Shown: positions 43,601 to 51,118 of the stretch, piece by piece
How positions within the stretch are numbered: the stretch's first letter is position 1
How the letters are laid out: each line of letters begins with the position of its first letter
Virus record (IMG/VR): IMGVR_UViG_3300026203_000001
DNA from: an uncultured virus (IMG/VR IMGVR_UViG_3300026203_000001)
Taxonomy: Duplodnaviria; Heunggongvirae; Uroviricota; Caudoviricetes
Length of the DNA stretch: 64,000 nt
Reading direction: 5' to 3' (one strand)
Made by a program: the position numbers and the translations under genes
The notes under the pieces: generated by a model
What the model was told of the DNA's origin: nothing
What the model saw: the letters and a program-made list of their open reading frames with translations, nothing else
Database searches by the model: none

Positions 43601-46600
43601 CTCTAACTGTGATATGACACCATCACGGTTTGTATCTTCTATTTCAAAGATAAACTCTTCTCCTAGTTCTGTTACAAGAGTATCTGTGTCTTGGTTAGGT
43701 GTACGATCAATATCAATATCAACATCTTCATATGGATCACGGAATCTAACAACATCAAGAGGAATATTTGTTTGCACAGCATCTTGACTGTAGTTCCAAG
43801 TATCAGGTTGTGAGTATAGTTGTGGACCACATACATATGGAAATACAGGTAAACCTGCTTCTGATGCGTCTATAGAAACAAAGTAAGCGTAAGTACCTTC
43901 AGGATATTCAGGTGTTTTACAAAAACGTCCATTGTATTGGTCTAAATCACCTGCTTGGAAAACATACTCATAGTCTTCTATGTAAGTTCCTGCGGGTTTG
44001 TCTGATAGTAAAGGTCCATCAACACGAACTGGATTTGGGTTAGTGGCAGAATCAAATAATAATATTGGTTTGATTCTGTAAGATGATACACATCTCTTAA
44101 TACCAGATGATTGATCAGCAGCATCAATATAACCATATGGTCCGTATATTGGGTTTCCATCAAATGCCCAACCAATAATAGGAGAATGTCTTAATCCAGA
44201 TGATAGTTCTCTAAGAAGACCTGTTGAAGGATCTTTAAATACGTTATCACCAAGAACATAACGTAATTGTTTGGGATCTGATAGGTGAGCATATTCACCA
44301 CCATATTGTGTATTATATCCTGCAAAAACATAACCACGAGCAGGGTCTACTAATCCTGATAGTTCAGTTTCTAAGTTTTGTGTCCACTCAAATACGTTTG
44401 CAGTAAATGATGCACCTTGACCTATAGATTCGCAACGAATAGTTGTAAGACCTGTTGTATATCCTATACCTCTGTTTTCTACAGATATACTTAATACTTT
44501 ACCTTTATCTTCACCAAATGTTCCAATAGTTGCTTTTGCAACAGCACCATATCCATCTCCATTAATAATAATTTTAGGTGGAGAAGTATATCCATTACCA
44601 GATGCAATAATAGCAATAGAAACTATACGACCATTAATTATAATTGGTTGTGCAACTGCACCTTCACCAGAATTTAATTTAATATTTGGAGAAGATGTAT
44701 AACTTGATCCTGCTGCATCTACGCTAATAGATTGAATAGGACCTCTTACCTCGGCAGTAGCAGTAGCACCTGTTCCATTGCCTCCTGAGATGCTTACAGT
44801 GGGTGCTGAGGTGTATCCTTGACCAGGTGTCTCAACAAGTATTTTACTTACAACTCCGTTTGTAATAACAGCAGTCGCAGTAGCACCAAATCCACCTCCA
44901 CCAACAATAGAAACTAAAGGAGATGCGGTATATCCAGAACCACCTGCTGTAACATCAACACTGAAGAGTGATCCATCTACAATAACACTAGCAGCAGCAC
45001 CTGATCCACCACCACCAGATATTTCAATAAGTGGTTTAGATGCAGCGTCATATCCTGTACCCGAATTTACAATATCAACACTTGTTATTCCACCAAACTT
45101 AGTCTTAGTTTGAGACTTATAAGACCAAACAGAAACACCATTTACCCAAGCACCAATAGGACCAAATGATAAATCATCACGTCGTGATACAGTCTCTACA
45201 ATTCTAGGAAATCTACTTAGTTTTCTTTGGTTTCCTGGGAGTAAAGCAGACCCAATGAACGGACCAACTTGATAGTTTGGAATACCTGTTGTAGCAACAT
45301 AAGAGTAATTTGCGTTGAAGAACGTATTTTGTACATTGGTTGTAAACTGATTAATTGAGTTGTTAATTGCTTCTTCTGTTGATTTACCTTTATTAAGGTC
45401 AACAGACATCAAGATATTACCTTGAGGTGCATTAGGTGCAGGGGCAGCAATCTGATATGAGAAAACAGTGTTACTTATACGAGATGTTACAGCAAATGTA
45501 CCGTTAAAGATTGTTGGGTTTGCACCGTATATTGTTACAGAGTCACCAACAAGAAGACCGTGGTTATTTGTAGTATATACAGTTGCAGTTTGATTGTTAA
45601 GTCCACCTGGTTCAATATTTGTTACAGAGATTAATTTCTTAACATTATACAACCAAGATGTAATTCTTTGATCTGTAGATGAAGATCCAAGAGATGCAAC
45701 ATTTAATTTATCACTAGGAAGATAATATGAACCAGTATCGGTAAGAACTGTTCCTGTTGCTTCAGCAATACCAAGAACACGTAATTTTACTTCAGTATCT
45801 TGTCCTCTATTGATATAACAGAAAATATCAGAGTATATTGTTGTACCTGCATCCCAATCTTCTACAACACCGTTTTTAGAACGTGTACACTCAATAAACT
45901 GGTTTAATGATTTTTCTTTGTATTGTATTCTTTCGTTATCACCCATAATGATGATACCGTTCCTTTCTGGCCACCCAATAGTAGAGTCAACAGTAATAAT
46001 AGACTCGGTTGCTGTTAAAGGTTCTACAAGTGTTGTTTTATAAGGTATTGTAAATTTTCCTTCTAAAGTTTCTTCAGATATTGACAATTCATAGATTGTT
46101 CCAACACCAGTATTGATAGCAATAACGTTTTCAACCAAACAAACCGCATTTCCAACACTTGTATCTACATCATCTGCATATTGGAATAATTGAGAGTCTA
46201 ATATATCAACAGGACTTCCACTTATCAATTCTACACGAATAATTGTATCAACAGACCAAGTTGCAGCAGATGGTTTAATTAATTCATCTTTTGGATATGA
46301 AACATCAACATTTTCTGAGAATAAGACTTTAAATAAGTATTCTGTGGCAGTTTTTGTACCTTTAGACACATAGAAGTCTTTTATTGTCTTAATAATCTGT
46401 GGAGCATTGATTTTAGTGTAATCAATATCTGCATCAGGTAAGAACTGATTTACAAAACGTTCATATAGTGTTCTAGAGAATAAGGAATCAAGATTCTCAA
46501 TAGTGCTTCCAATTTCGTGAGATGATTGAATACTTTGTGCTTCATTTGTAAATACTTGATTTCCTCTAATATCATATGAGGAAACACCTGATACACCTCT

Positions 46601-48493
46601 CTTACAATTTACAAATTGAGATGGTTGATACTCTGAACCGTGTGAGTGTACTGTAAAACCTGTAACTTCTTGGAATCCAACATCACAAGACGCTGCTGCT
46701 GCTTTTGGACTTGCAATAAAGACTTGTGGTGGTTCATCTTCAGAATATCCGTCACCAAAACTTGTTATATTAATATCAGTAATTTCACCATTGAATATAG
46801 TTGCTACAGCAGTTGCACCAGTACCACCAATAGGATTACCTGATAAATCTTTTCTATTATCAACAATATAGACAGATGGTGCATCATTGTAACCACTTCC
46901 ACCAGTTAATAGTTGTATATCAGTAAGTTTAGTCCCTGTTACCTTAACGTCTAATATTTGAGCACCCACAGGATCAATAATACGACATCTAGGAGGAGTT
47001 ACATATCCTCTACCAGGAGAAATCATTTCAATCCTGTCTACTCTACTCTGATCATCTAAAACTGCTACAGCAGATGCTCTAATACCAATAGGATCAGCAG
47101 GTTCATCAATATAAACTATTGGTGGTGTAGCGTAGTTAAGACCTTTTGTTAATACTGTAATAGATCCATCAACTACCTTACCATCATCATTTACATCTAT
47201 TTGTGCGTCAGAAATAGTTGCACCACCAGGATTTGTAAAACTTATGGATGGAATAGAATCATATCCAGAACCTGATGATTGAACGTTGATTGCTGTAACT
47301 TGACCAGTAGCATCATCAACAGTTACAGTTGCTTTTGCTATAGAACCAGAAGGATCGGCAGGTGTATCAAATACAACTATTGGTGGGTTTGCAGATGTAT
47401 AACCTTGACCACCATCAATTAGTTGTACATTTTTTATACCGTTTATAAGTGCTTGAGCAGTTGCTTCTTTACCAGAAACACCTACAGGAGTTAATACAGT
47501 TACTTTTGGTGTAAAATTAATTCTATATCCACTACCACCATCTTTTACTATTAAATCTGTAACTTTATTATCATTGACTCTTGCAATAGCAGAAGCACCT
47601 TTACCAAATTGAGGTGCAATAAGTTCTACAGACCTGATTGTGACTTTATCACCGTCAGAAACTGCTTCTTTAAGTATTAAGTGATCGTTATATACTGTAA
47701 AATCTGTAAATGCAGTTTTAACTACACCGTTTACTGCAATCAAACAAGAAATTGTAGATAATGGAGAGTATGGAGCAGTATTTCTTCTTAAAGGTAATAT
47801 TTTTGCACCATCAAGAGACAAATCTATATTAAGTGTGTCTAAAACTCTAACAGGAACACTTGTATAACCTATAAGATACTCAATTTTAGTTATTTGAGTA
47901 GATCCAAGAGTATTTGTAGGTGGAGTCTGGAATCTAATATTTGACCCATCAAGAAAATAGTCAATATTAGGTTCTAACTGCAAACCATTTATTATAACAC
48001 GTAAATATTCGACAGAGTTTGGTGTTATTGGTGTTCCAAGTAATTTTAATTCAAAACTTGTTTTTACACCATCAAACTGTGTTCTTATATTTTCTAATTC
48101 TTGTATTTTTTTATCAAATTCTACTTGGTTGACACCTGGAGTGAATACAACCTCTGGAGATTTTGTTGTTTCTTCATAAAATATAATTTCATTATCAATC
48201 TTGATAGTTCCGTCTTTCTCAAGAAAATTATCAACGGTCTCTACAGTAATATTTTGATCAGCAGCACCAACACGATCTAATACAACAGATTCAGATGAAA
48301 TAAAGTTAGGATTATATTCTTCACTCGAAATATCTGTATAACTCAGTATATTGTTTAATATATCATACGGTTTACCACTTTTCTCCTGTGACTTGTAGTA
48401 TTGTACTAACAAGTCTACAAAAGACTGATCCTCTTCTTTTATAAACGCAGGGATCTGGTCCTGTAACCGTTGGGATACCTTAACTGACTTCAT
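28682..48493 (-). CDS. gp7: Giant baseplate wedge initiator-like protein (6603 aa), multidomain
   Basis: N-terminal QIPAFIKEE..SFVDLLVQYYKSQE; IKTIKDFYVSKGT...LFKVLF; KIQDSYFYQNFSYVIKS...HPVGF. Lies between gp6 and gp8. Inserted YHYH, propeller-like, LamG-like, helical-repeat, Ig and cupredoxin-like modules. Confidence 0.82.
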   Translation of the reverse strand: MKSVKVSQRLQDQIPAFIKEEDQSFVDLLVQYYKSQEKSGKPYDILNNILSYTDISSEEYNPNFISSESVVLDRVGAADQNITVETVDNFLEKDGTIKIDNEIIFYEETTKSPEVVFTPGVNQVEFDKKIQELENIRTQFDGVKTSFELKLLGTPITPNSVEYLRVIINGLQLEPNIDYFLDGSNIRFQTPPTNTLGSTQITKIEYLIGYTSVPVRVLDTLNIDLSLDGAKILPLRRNTAPYSPLSTISCLIAVNGVVKTAFTDFTVYNDHLILKEAVSDGDKVTIRSVELIAPQFGKGASAIARVNDNKVTDLIVKDGGSGYRINFTPKVTVLTPVGVSGKEATAQALINGIKNVQLIDGGQGYTSANPPIVVFDTPADPSGSIAKATVTVDDATGQVTAINVQSSGSGYDSIPSISFTNPGGATISDAQIDVNDDGKVVDGSITVLTKGLNYATPPIVYIDEPADPIGIRASAVAVLDDQSRVDRIEMISPGRGYVTPPRCRIIDPVGAQILDVKVTGTKLTDIQLLTGGSGYNDAPSVYIVDNRKDLSGNPIGGTGATAVATIFNGEITDINITSFGDGYSEDEPPQVFIASPKAAAASCDVGFQEVTGFTVHSHGSEYQPSQFVNCKRGVSGVSSYDIRGNQVFTNEAQSIQSSHEIGSTIENLDSLFSRTLYERFVNQFLPDADIDYTKINAPQIIKTIKDFYVSKGTKTATEYLFKVLFSENVDVSYPKDELIKPSAATWSVDTIIRVELISGSPVDILDSQLFQYADDVDTSVGNAVCLVENVIAINTGVGTIYELSISEETLEGKFTIPYKTTLVEPLTATESIITVDSTIGWPERNGIIIMGDNERIQYKEKSLNQFIECTRSKNGVVEDWDAGTTIYSDIFCYINRGQDTEVKLRVLGIAEATGTVLTDTGSYYLPSDKLNVASLGSSSTDQRITSWLYNVKKLISVTNIEPGGLNNQTATVYTTNNHGLLVGDSVTIYGANPTIFNGTFAVTSRISNTVFSYQIAAPAPNAPQGNILMSVDLNKGKSTEEAINNSINQFTTNVQNTFFNANYSYVATTGIPNYQVGPFIGSALLPGNQRKLSRFPRIVETVSRRDDLSFGPIGAWVNGVSVWSYKSQTKTKFGGITSVDIVNSGTGYDAASKPLIEISGGGGSGAAASVIVDGSLFSVDVTAGGSGYTASPLVSIVGGGGFGATATAVITNGVVSKILVETPGQGYTSAPTVSISGGNGTGATATAEVRGPIQSISVDAAGSSYTSSPNIKLNSGEGAVAQPIIINGRIVSIAIIASGNGYTSPPKIIINGDGYGAVAKATIGTFGEDKGKVLSISVENRGIGYTTGLTTIRCESIGQGASFTANVFEWTQNLETELSGLVDPARGYVFAGYNTQYGGEYAHLSDPKQLRYVLGDNVFKDPSTGLLRELSSGLRHSPIIGWAFDGNPIYGPYGYIDAADQSSGIKRCVSSYRIKPILLFDSATNPNPVRVDGPLLSDKPAGTYIEDYEYVFQAGDLDQYNGRFCKTPEYPEGTYAYFVSIDASEAGLPVFPYVCGPQLYSQPDTWNYSQDAVQTNIPLDVVRFRDPYEDVDIDIDRTPNQDTDTLVTELGEEFIFEIEDTNRDGVISQLEQDELNYISEEPVLQLFDYYPRVSTRSQVDIEIDTTTKFEDAKISGFVVENPGISYKVNDKLFFDNTDTGGYGASAKVDSVKGIDITQYTSSMVNDAPLGKITTADEHDLRVGDEIIVDSIPIIDQTNKTYRVKVVSGVETVTISQQGLGYNEDIPPNYEIVSGTGQDFKLELVREESGAVNNVNIINSGSEYSASTPPEVRVSHPQRYKKANYALTLLNENTSGVEKIVKIRDIAIADDRTFYVVGEADDLDGDSAGLIAKFNSDGRLLWTRTMAPLQPAAGDKRCVFNRIYLENTSPHSIYVVGETIPNNVNLTYNPDLVVAKYTSGFDGFNNPTAVPVWQREIAGISGSTRRDYISSLTIDSDGQIYIGGTTDTNSPNPDDMWIALLDTDGSIKEKRKICTAAGSEQMTDLKFTSNNTSIFVGVNDPAGTGEIIIGETFYDTATIEVQWSRQFGNTSYRFSNPKITIDDYGSRYVTATAYSISNTKNVGILYMKFAPTDYKTPSVVKMLAPTGTFEDIKATGVQFDIFGNVDVGAYVKYAFNDHRAIIFKVSWNTSNILSAASLKQDSGIGFHPTTITNDNSGDTLIAGDKIESNELAILNFESTITGDDTYDNNLTAGWSVDPTLDTSKWKYGAQSANISAAANRLSLDWGADVATNYTVEAWIAIGQAQYNAQSSTPNIFDVTPTTGDNAVVELEGDSTSADFGKVRLKLGSNTYLSTSTTNWSTFNNEAFIHVALVKSTPGVGTYVYKVFINGVEQIDVTSTTIDTQLKSILLFGKSSPAVATSIGGWVDNISVSGLAKYTDTFTPAQAVGSNKKVAGFCFKLDREQTKTGTYTLSTVEAGMQITVAAAVNDFTFNTQVITSGDWTLGPAGLQILDYADVVSNNVEGTYSFVSTDQIFESRTATIPTPLGRKLLLSTTVIPKFYIRDAVYQSIDTVKTVSFNQTASFTKGSLLQQYSVIGGQDVVSAYGTIVNVGTDSVDIGNIIGTFDTTKLLKSSANDRNTIAQTFLVETTIPQWVTNNPYTVGDEVYNDGKIYTSGTTAVSGVTAPVHTVGTVTDGNINWVYTRDAGSFDVDLANTPFSTGNLGQFATWQPFVAEDYIIKIEAVYSDSNFIKGDTLDAQAVGLSATFDATGKIITIAGLVGVKKFHLTSNLAKDVIPSGALTFTDLVFCVSNSKHNFSANEIIFVEGFTTTEYGGSFFIEEVLDTRTFTYRLRSTAVQDPTFASSSVSNVNIYAKHPELLFVRGHQYIFDLDDPSNFGYYMSFSKDNQYKLEYPFVNIVREGIPGLTDQTSPKPLVKFIVDEDVTNISYYFDPSRTLPSNSPVGPVSFIDVIQTPYKGTFRINNIVSDTEFTFPLLVEPEKTNAPLGVTETGVSRASYSTTSTKAIGPISNIKLVNPGGFYQKLPIVTDIASNREIEKIRILSGGTEYINGIYYNVVIDGDGEGGLCNITVSDDGELTGVITAVELTSPGKGYTTASIDIDKIPGILGSLLQGSGGDLQVVIPNEGSGASVFLQGTSIGKIKKLKNNEFGFGYSHDYTLRPEITFPVNLQLFNTALLSEIKITNPGSGYTSVPRVVIEGGGGTGAEAEAIIKNNRLSEVLIKNPGSGYSSEPTVTLKSEFNYVVNLDLGYLQFNFPHGITTGAAIQLRAEDLGSTVGILPKPSSAGLVSLSSTTTYYAIAGEANSLEADQLRIALTQVDAESGNFITFLTQGDGRQILLTEVFGGLATAIVETSRFLRGELVYQGLSLETATAIGYVSENEGWQIGPRILKLENYTGTWTTGERVTAQVSRASGLIDNLSIARGTLNIDSMTTTTGQFIDDVGKPSEIVQKIQDSYFYQNFSYVIKSQTPINDWRKSILETNHPVGFNMFGELALAAGKDISGRKVVSDLVKEVNIFSATNINQITSFANSQPIYTEFNNTEVLFRQRRLTNSEEILTSIVKKLDNIENDFNGIKTQFALTVEGDSVTATDDQLLILINGVAQSPGTAFTTSGPSVVFSEPPKAPSRIKFRNLTFSQINITRFTFSTTSGIFPTTGKTVRSLQNEGTATVIDTGVDYIDIIDQNGSFQINDNVLASSTGFDGVLSAVNGITSKTIYEQGERITNLQGDFAIIEENNLRDGVVDANLVVSRTSGTAAFETGEFNIRFNDTIYSAASKIAARVTVISPYTDDVSQQIIDTVDLSPPSSFFGLIFQRVPSITYPNTILDNISETVINPEELYEAGTANNQDFLDFEEVRNQEIRYNYLSGSQFTAGDSIRNKQIYYDNASLVGVDDQRSFDAAVLIRKNDRFIAEEAVGLMKAFYPSFTVPSLGGDRDCEDDIVDILNIVAYQLEVDGNSEIWDAANTYVQGNAIYHVDGEVAQTIYAFNKARDLAIQCIRNEVINTNTTNLPQYRDPTITAEFAVISNSHGDARDLILANKWFIAYEALHYAKTQNPGYNVSGGDVHCLSDIVDVLEAMVYNLAHGGNNFVYKATKKTLQYGVTSGDRDTIVNAFTKARDIAIEVMRNNTWTKAGSHNWNQVKDLTITADPANPTCQAVASAITTLMNILITNLGSTASPGTVAAFEAAVTETAPSAAYAGYTNSCVNQANAITSFMRIITDTLEDPTGGDPATYQWSITNVPRVLPPYAFVDGETLRCAKHAYQDKSSGGQFGFGDTIKAITSGATYDVIGSNAGNKWIFSKQISGVLQAGELITNSKLTYANVSQDKLTFKTDTGSLRFTGSGSYTSFPSSNAVVFGDGADAANGDYTMELWIRPASVTGVQRLIDLRESSSDAKLGILMSGQSLRLSIGASDVITASSAITTINTWYHIAVSRSTSVTKLYVNGSEVGTYTDTNNYNANSKITVGAGWNNGNPFNGWIDNLVIYKGISQYNSSFTPPIIFNDSTNVSFALLGEAPFPMEQSAVYATYVSHIISTANADEVELWRSELTTEGVDLSREEYRLCADIIKKNIDYIAEEAVGRLKYRYPDFVIPGDGGMSGYGSNVCLRDTKSYIIPAIIDDLISGGNFQTTIVGRAYIEGSGALQHIGGEQLQSIYTWREVAKLCIDVITLDETNLEGTYSTKVRVPNYFSSPASQTIQDDIMTLVDDLLDVIGPTGHRFRDGADLIYFNRKAIADESVFYIENKYQVQVGFSTVNKLTIPNRAKCVRDIRDHILPAIAGDLVTGGNFETQAMIDSYLDNETNINYIEDELLAMIDAIEYAKKLAQKAIQGLLIGRNENPAQVALDFSDYYQMLYTDEPVYRDETITIDPKAYTGSDRDLDAANLLVQNAKTIAGEAVDILTKTSFAQSKGFRVPGGKVNCEDDIVDIIESIAHDLRFGGNSESYDAAALYLNTDLQLSHVTAQSDETTYAFKLARDMCILAIRNRLGFTPYEDEAATSGLGQAAPRDDYYENATTNGYYDAANEIENNIRFIATTAVGRGMSQYPGLAFSGGYDYQSCVDDVVDLLEALVFNLKHGGNNRMWYSSEFYITVGNAIQHISNQAAEVKYIFQEARDIATQVMRQEIITTNGVTEGNAVYDGTITVDQSSGNTTITPTNVEYFPTSGNLRITSNGHTFTTNDSIRIRTNSIVFTCTMDGDSTNHSYPRITDPAANANLPITATTTNTFTVFVGTTTAGNYAHSFVSAQANAVSVYTGGAQTRCVNEAASIASLMGIPINLFDSSNTSNPTAYLTGITRTLPLEWPLTGERAIRRDVTITYDSAGNGNCTTQSSAINTLWEILINTITTAAAGNGSHLATITRTAPVTTNTVYKGGTCYDVTSAAHVLFKILLHGLGSGTEMYKQSARLLMYNDTYTRLESYENTLSQYPGYAGDASFAEPIQKAIVYDFITNGNARTLQLINSWFDADGNFVAYPNLFRTRLLYHARMIKDLMDHILKGTAPAPGTFANQPLYTIDGTNPDRELRPTATACHKLYQLFHLIIVALQYSEFPTTYLRTQFDAGVAVSNGVINVANNFEPYDRVEYIVLGSNIAELDGSVYYIHPNSTPTQIVLTEYIDGEPIVLTPGTPSQLHTLVVSVDPGVDRVPTTFGTRDVPTPIKAGFNLADVIYGGTSGATAQIVRMEDNLADVMYQAKYMTCNTFSAQGGGTGIKIQNGEMVVVQGATSNTGKVLATDNETYIKLIDYNGTFTAGDIIEGITSGGTCTYVGEHDRILVNFRQGEFIATDKFFSTDTGSKATALIVRNNNGALIDNQSGRITYDISTVTGEFKPQDVIYGSVTDQIIEIESFVTLPNFGEYVHGRQITRLTYTALITDTGVSDTFNVGDVLQIQSGGISIGWTVTVTEIDTNTNYVYVANETGTPEGVTISDIASNTQYQLAKVPVGTLFPSVYTTIGAVTITDTTAYGKIAKITQFGTRAVLHLEATQGTFQKNSQIIGDNGFRGACSSARSLRGRVRRFFRGFDGVQTAFKLTQGNGTQYFPDPAGHMMIFVNGILQPPGADYAFTAFSDNIQFTEAPAIGSTFHGVYKGKLRQLDDISFDFDSLRNSFNLKLNGVFYSLTLTDGVQSNTILPENNIICQLNGVIQEPGIGFEIVGSRIIFSEVPRAGSTFVAFSYVGSDVDVIAATVVPPIEAGDELRIDGEEETRTVALIESSNSLITFEYGGAVKGRNASALAEIEKGRITNAILTNSGDGYSTRPQVDVISSTGFGGRIKALVGVARIDVKNAGQGYSLPAITANTTVADDFLGPTGPALNGGIDIYDPNFIPETGGTGVIENFITITEAPRNITVNQGQTAIFQVAATVTISNVVAYSVLVDSKSVNHPYYNQGSGKGYYLTGGQFTQNTEAPTLTFVRGATYQFNQNDVSNTTHAIYFSENADAYGGTERYETGVVYRLNGNQVADYATYAAGFAAATTRSVSITVASDAPATLNYVCGNHQYMGSAVNVNNGTLSYQWQKKDYGTNSWNNISGATSATYETPGTTQADTNDEYRVGITSNGAIPVLSTAAVLTVNIGATTVDNFTPTQIFDDD
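31810..36750 (-). repeat. About 7 helical repeats DA..LI..N..fIA.EAV...YP....C..D....I..+..DL..GGN...AF..ARD within gp7
   Basis: Cys codons at 36629, 36239, 34622, 34142, 33677 and 33263; a seventh degenerate copy near 32240-31810 lacks this Cys. Confidence 0.85.
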
Positions 48494-48513
48494 CTCTTAT
48501 TATTCTTGGTGCT

Positions 48514-50601
48514 TTAGAAGCAAGTGTCAAACTCAGGGTAATCAAATACCGTGGTTGGATAATCAATTATATTTATCGAGGTTCCGTCAAAGTTGATTGG
48601 AGTAAAATCTAACGGATCAAAGTTTGGAACGCTAGTTCCATCAATGGTGTAATCTATAGTGATTACTTGTGGGTTGAAAATAGTTGGATCTACACCAGTT
48701 CCTATATTTACATTACCACTATCTAGCAGAACTGTAACAGGAATACGTGATGTTCCATCAGGAGTGCTTGCTACGTTTATAGGACCTAGACAAACTTCTC
48801 CAGTTTTATAATTAACAGTTCCAACACCAGACTTAAGAATAACTTCTTTTTCATCTAGTTTTGTAACCATTATTAATTCACCTCTACCATTATCTCTCAC
48901 ATTTACTGGTAAAAGAGCACTTGTATCATTTTCTACAAATGTACTAATACTTAATACTGAATTTGTTGTTAACTGTTGAGATGATACAGCAAGATCTAAT
49001 AACGCATCTGTGTAACCTGTAGAATAAAATGTTCCACTCTTTACAGCAGAAAATTTAGGACTACATACTGCCACACCATCACTAGAATTACCAGAACCAA
49101 TATCACCAGGATTTACAATAGCATTACCAAAATCTACACATTGAGTAAATGTAGAACCAAATGGGAATCCAGATACATTTAAACCAAGTGTCATTGTTGT
49201 CTGATTACCAACAATACTATTTTGAGATTGATCAATCATTGTTTGGAACGCAGATGTGTCAATCCTTCCATTGAATCTATTAGAAGATCCTTGTGTATTA
49301 AAGTCATCAATAGCACCAAGAACTCTAGATGCCAATTCATTATTTGATAAGTTTGTTGATGTACCGTCAAAGAACACATATGTCTTAGGACGTATGTATA
49401 GAGTTGTAGGATCGATAATTACTGGTTCGATCGCTGCCATAGAATACTTCAATAAATCATTCTTAATACGTTTCTTGGTAGTAGCGTTTAACGCTGCACC
49501 AGATTTAGTTTTTACAGCAACAAATACTTTTCCATATACAGGTGGGTAGACTCTTTCTCCACCATAAGCGGTAACAGACTTTGCTTGAGGATAAACCAGT
49601 TTAGTAACATACTCATAATCGGACTCCGTAACTGCTCTGTTTTGGGCACTGAATGCCCTTGGAGCGTTGTACTTGATAGATATAACATCTTCTCCTGCTT
49701 CACCGTCCTGAGAGGCATCTACGGTTGCTATAGAGATGTTTGCAGCAGGTACATTGCGACCAGTATTATCTGTTACTCTACCTATAAAAGTAAACTTCTT
49801 ACAACCATTTGCTTCTGGTCCATTAGTTCTAACATATTTAAGTCTTATAACCTCACCCGCTATTAACTCTCTACCTATAATACCATCACCAAATATTACA
49901 GTATATCTAAGATCATCCGTTTCCTCTAAGAAATAACCACGAGTTGTACCATCTACATTTACAATATTTGTAATTTGGTTGTAAGTATCTATTTCTTCAC
50001 TTTGAGCATTAGGTGAAATAGACACATAAAGTAAGTCTGTATCTACATTGTCAACAGGAATCTCATATTTTCTTTTTTTAACGTCAGTTACGTTGTACTC
50101 ATACTCTAATAAATTACCTTGATATATTACTGTTTTATTAAATGTTGCAAGACCAGTCTGCTGATCTACCATAGAAGTGATTGGTTGTGGAACTGTGAAT
50201 GTATATGCTTGACCATCAACAGCAGATACAAATACATCGCCCGCAGGAATAGTTACGGTAGATGGATATGTTGTTCCTGATCCAAGAAAACTTGTTTGCA
50301 CTGCAAATGCAACACACGCTTTTGCTGCTTTTATTGATCTAGGTGTATAATTTAATTGTTTTGCTATCTTTACTACGTTGTCTCTTATTGTTGCCGACTC
50401 TAAAAATGCTTCATTCATCGCCATATTAGCGTTGAAAGCAGAATAATAAGTATTGTATGCTAATACGTCTAGAAGATATGACGCAGCAGATCCATCAAAG
50501 TCGTAATCTGTAAATTCTGTTCTAGTTCTTAGATACGATTTGATGGATTCTTTTATCTCTCCAAAATCAAGAGATGTTAAATTTGATGGTATTGCGGGCA
50601 T
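48514..50601 (-). CDS. gp6: Baseplate wedge subunit
   Basis: LDFGEIKESIKSYL...FTDYDFDGS...LLDVLAYNTYY..FNANM..NEAFLESA; QNRAVTESDY. Confidence 0.95.
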   Translation of the reverse strand: MPAIPSNLTSLDFGEIKESIKSYLRTRTEFTDYDFDGSAASYLLDVLAYNTYYSAFNANMAMNEAFLESATIRDNVVKIAKQLNYTPRSIKAAKACVAFAVQTSFLGSGTTYPSTVTIPAGDVFVSAVDGQAYTFTVPQPITSMVDQQTGLATFNKTVIYQGNLLEYEYNVTDVKKRKYEIPVDNVDTDLLYVSISPNAQSEEIDTYNQITNIVNVDGTTRGYFLEETDDLRYTVIFGDGIIGRELIAGEVIRLKYVRTNGPEANGCKKFTFIGRVTDNTGRNVPAANISIATVDASQDGEAGEDVISIKYNAPRAFSAQNRAVTESDYEYVTKLVYPQAKSVTAYGGERVYPPVYGKVFVAVKTKSGAALNATTKKRIKNDLLKYSMAAIEPVIIDPTTLYIRPKTYVFFDGTSTNLSNNELASRVLGAIDDFNTQGSSNRFNGRIDTSAFQTMIDQSQNSIVGNQTTMTLGLNVSGFPFGSTFTQCVDFGNAIVNPGDIGSGNSSDGVAVCSPKFSAVKSGTFYSTGYTDALLDLAVSSQQLTTNSVLSISTFVENDTSALLPVNVRDNGRGELIMVTKLDEKEVILKSGVGTVNYKTGEVCLGPINVASTPDGTSRIPVTVLLDSGNVNIGTGVDPTIFNPQVITIDYTIDGTSVPNFDPLDFTPINFDGTSINIIDYPTTVFDYPEFDTCF

Positions 50602-51015
50602 CTATACTTGCTCCAGTAAGAAATCAACGGTTTGCACTAAAGTTTCACCAATAATCTTATAGTCAAGTTCAACACGGAGACTGTTATCATCTTCTGGATC
50701 TTGCTGTACTCTAACCGAACGAACATTTATTCTAGGTTCTAGTCTTGTGCAAACGTTGATGATTTCTTCTTTAATGTCTTGTGCAACAAAAACATCATAT
50801 GGTTCAAATAATAGTTCTCTTAAACGTGATCCAGTCTTAGGTTGAAATGGTCTTTCACCCATTCCAGTTAATACTAAATTACGGACTGACTGTTTAATAG
50901 CGTTTTCATTCTTAACAGTAGTAAAATCCTCAGTATTTGGATTTGGTTTCATCAAAATACTGAAGTCTTTAAATGCTCTACTAAGTTGTCGTTCTGCTCT
51001 GAACTTGTACGCCAT
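50602..51015 (-). CDS. gp25: Baseplate wedge subunit / sheath initiator
   Basis: FKDFSI...NENAIKQSVRNLVLT..GERPFQP..GS...EPRI. Confidence 0.93.
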   Translation of the reverse strand: MAYKFRAERQLSRAFKDFSILMKPNPNTEDFTTVKNENAIKQSVRNLVLTGMGERPFQPKTGSRLRELLFEPYDVFVAQDIKEEIINVCTRLEPRINVRSVRVQQDPEDDNSLRVELDYKIIGETLVQTVDFLLEQV

Positions 51016-51118
51016 TACTCAAAACTTTTATTTGTTTTAAGTATTTATCACGTTCGGGCATAGTTACTAACCACTTGCCACTTTTGACAAATTCTTCACT
51101 CATATCAACTCGAATCAT
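50981..51118 (-). CDS. Small hypothetical protein (45 aa)
   Basis: MIRVDMSEEFVKSGKWLVT...; ATGA overlap with the upstream ORF; contains a late-promoter-like GATAAATA (51042-51049) for gp25. Confidence 0.5.
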   Translation of the reverse strand: MIRVDMSEEFVKSGKWLVTMPERDKYLKQIKVLSNGVQVQSRTTT

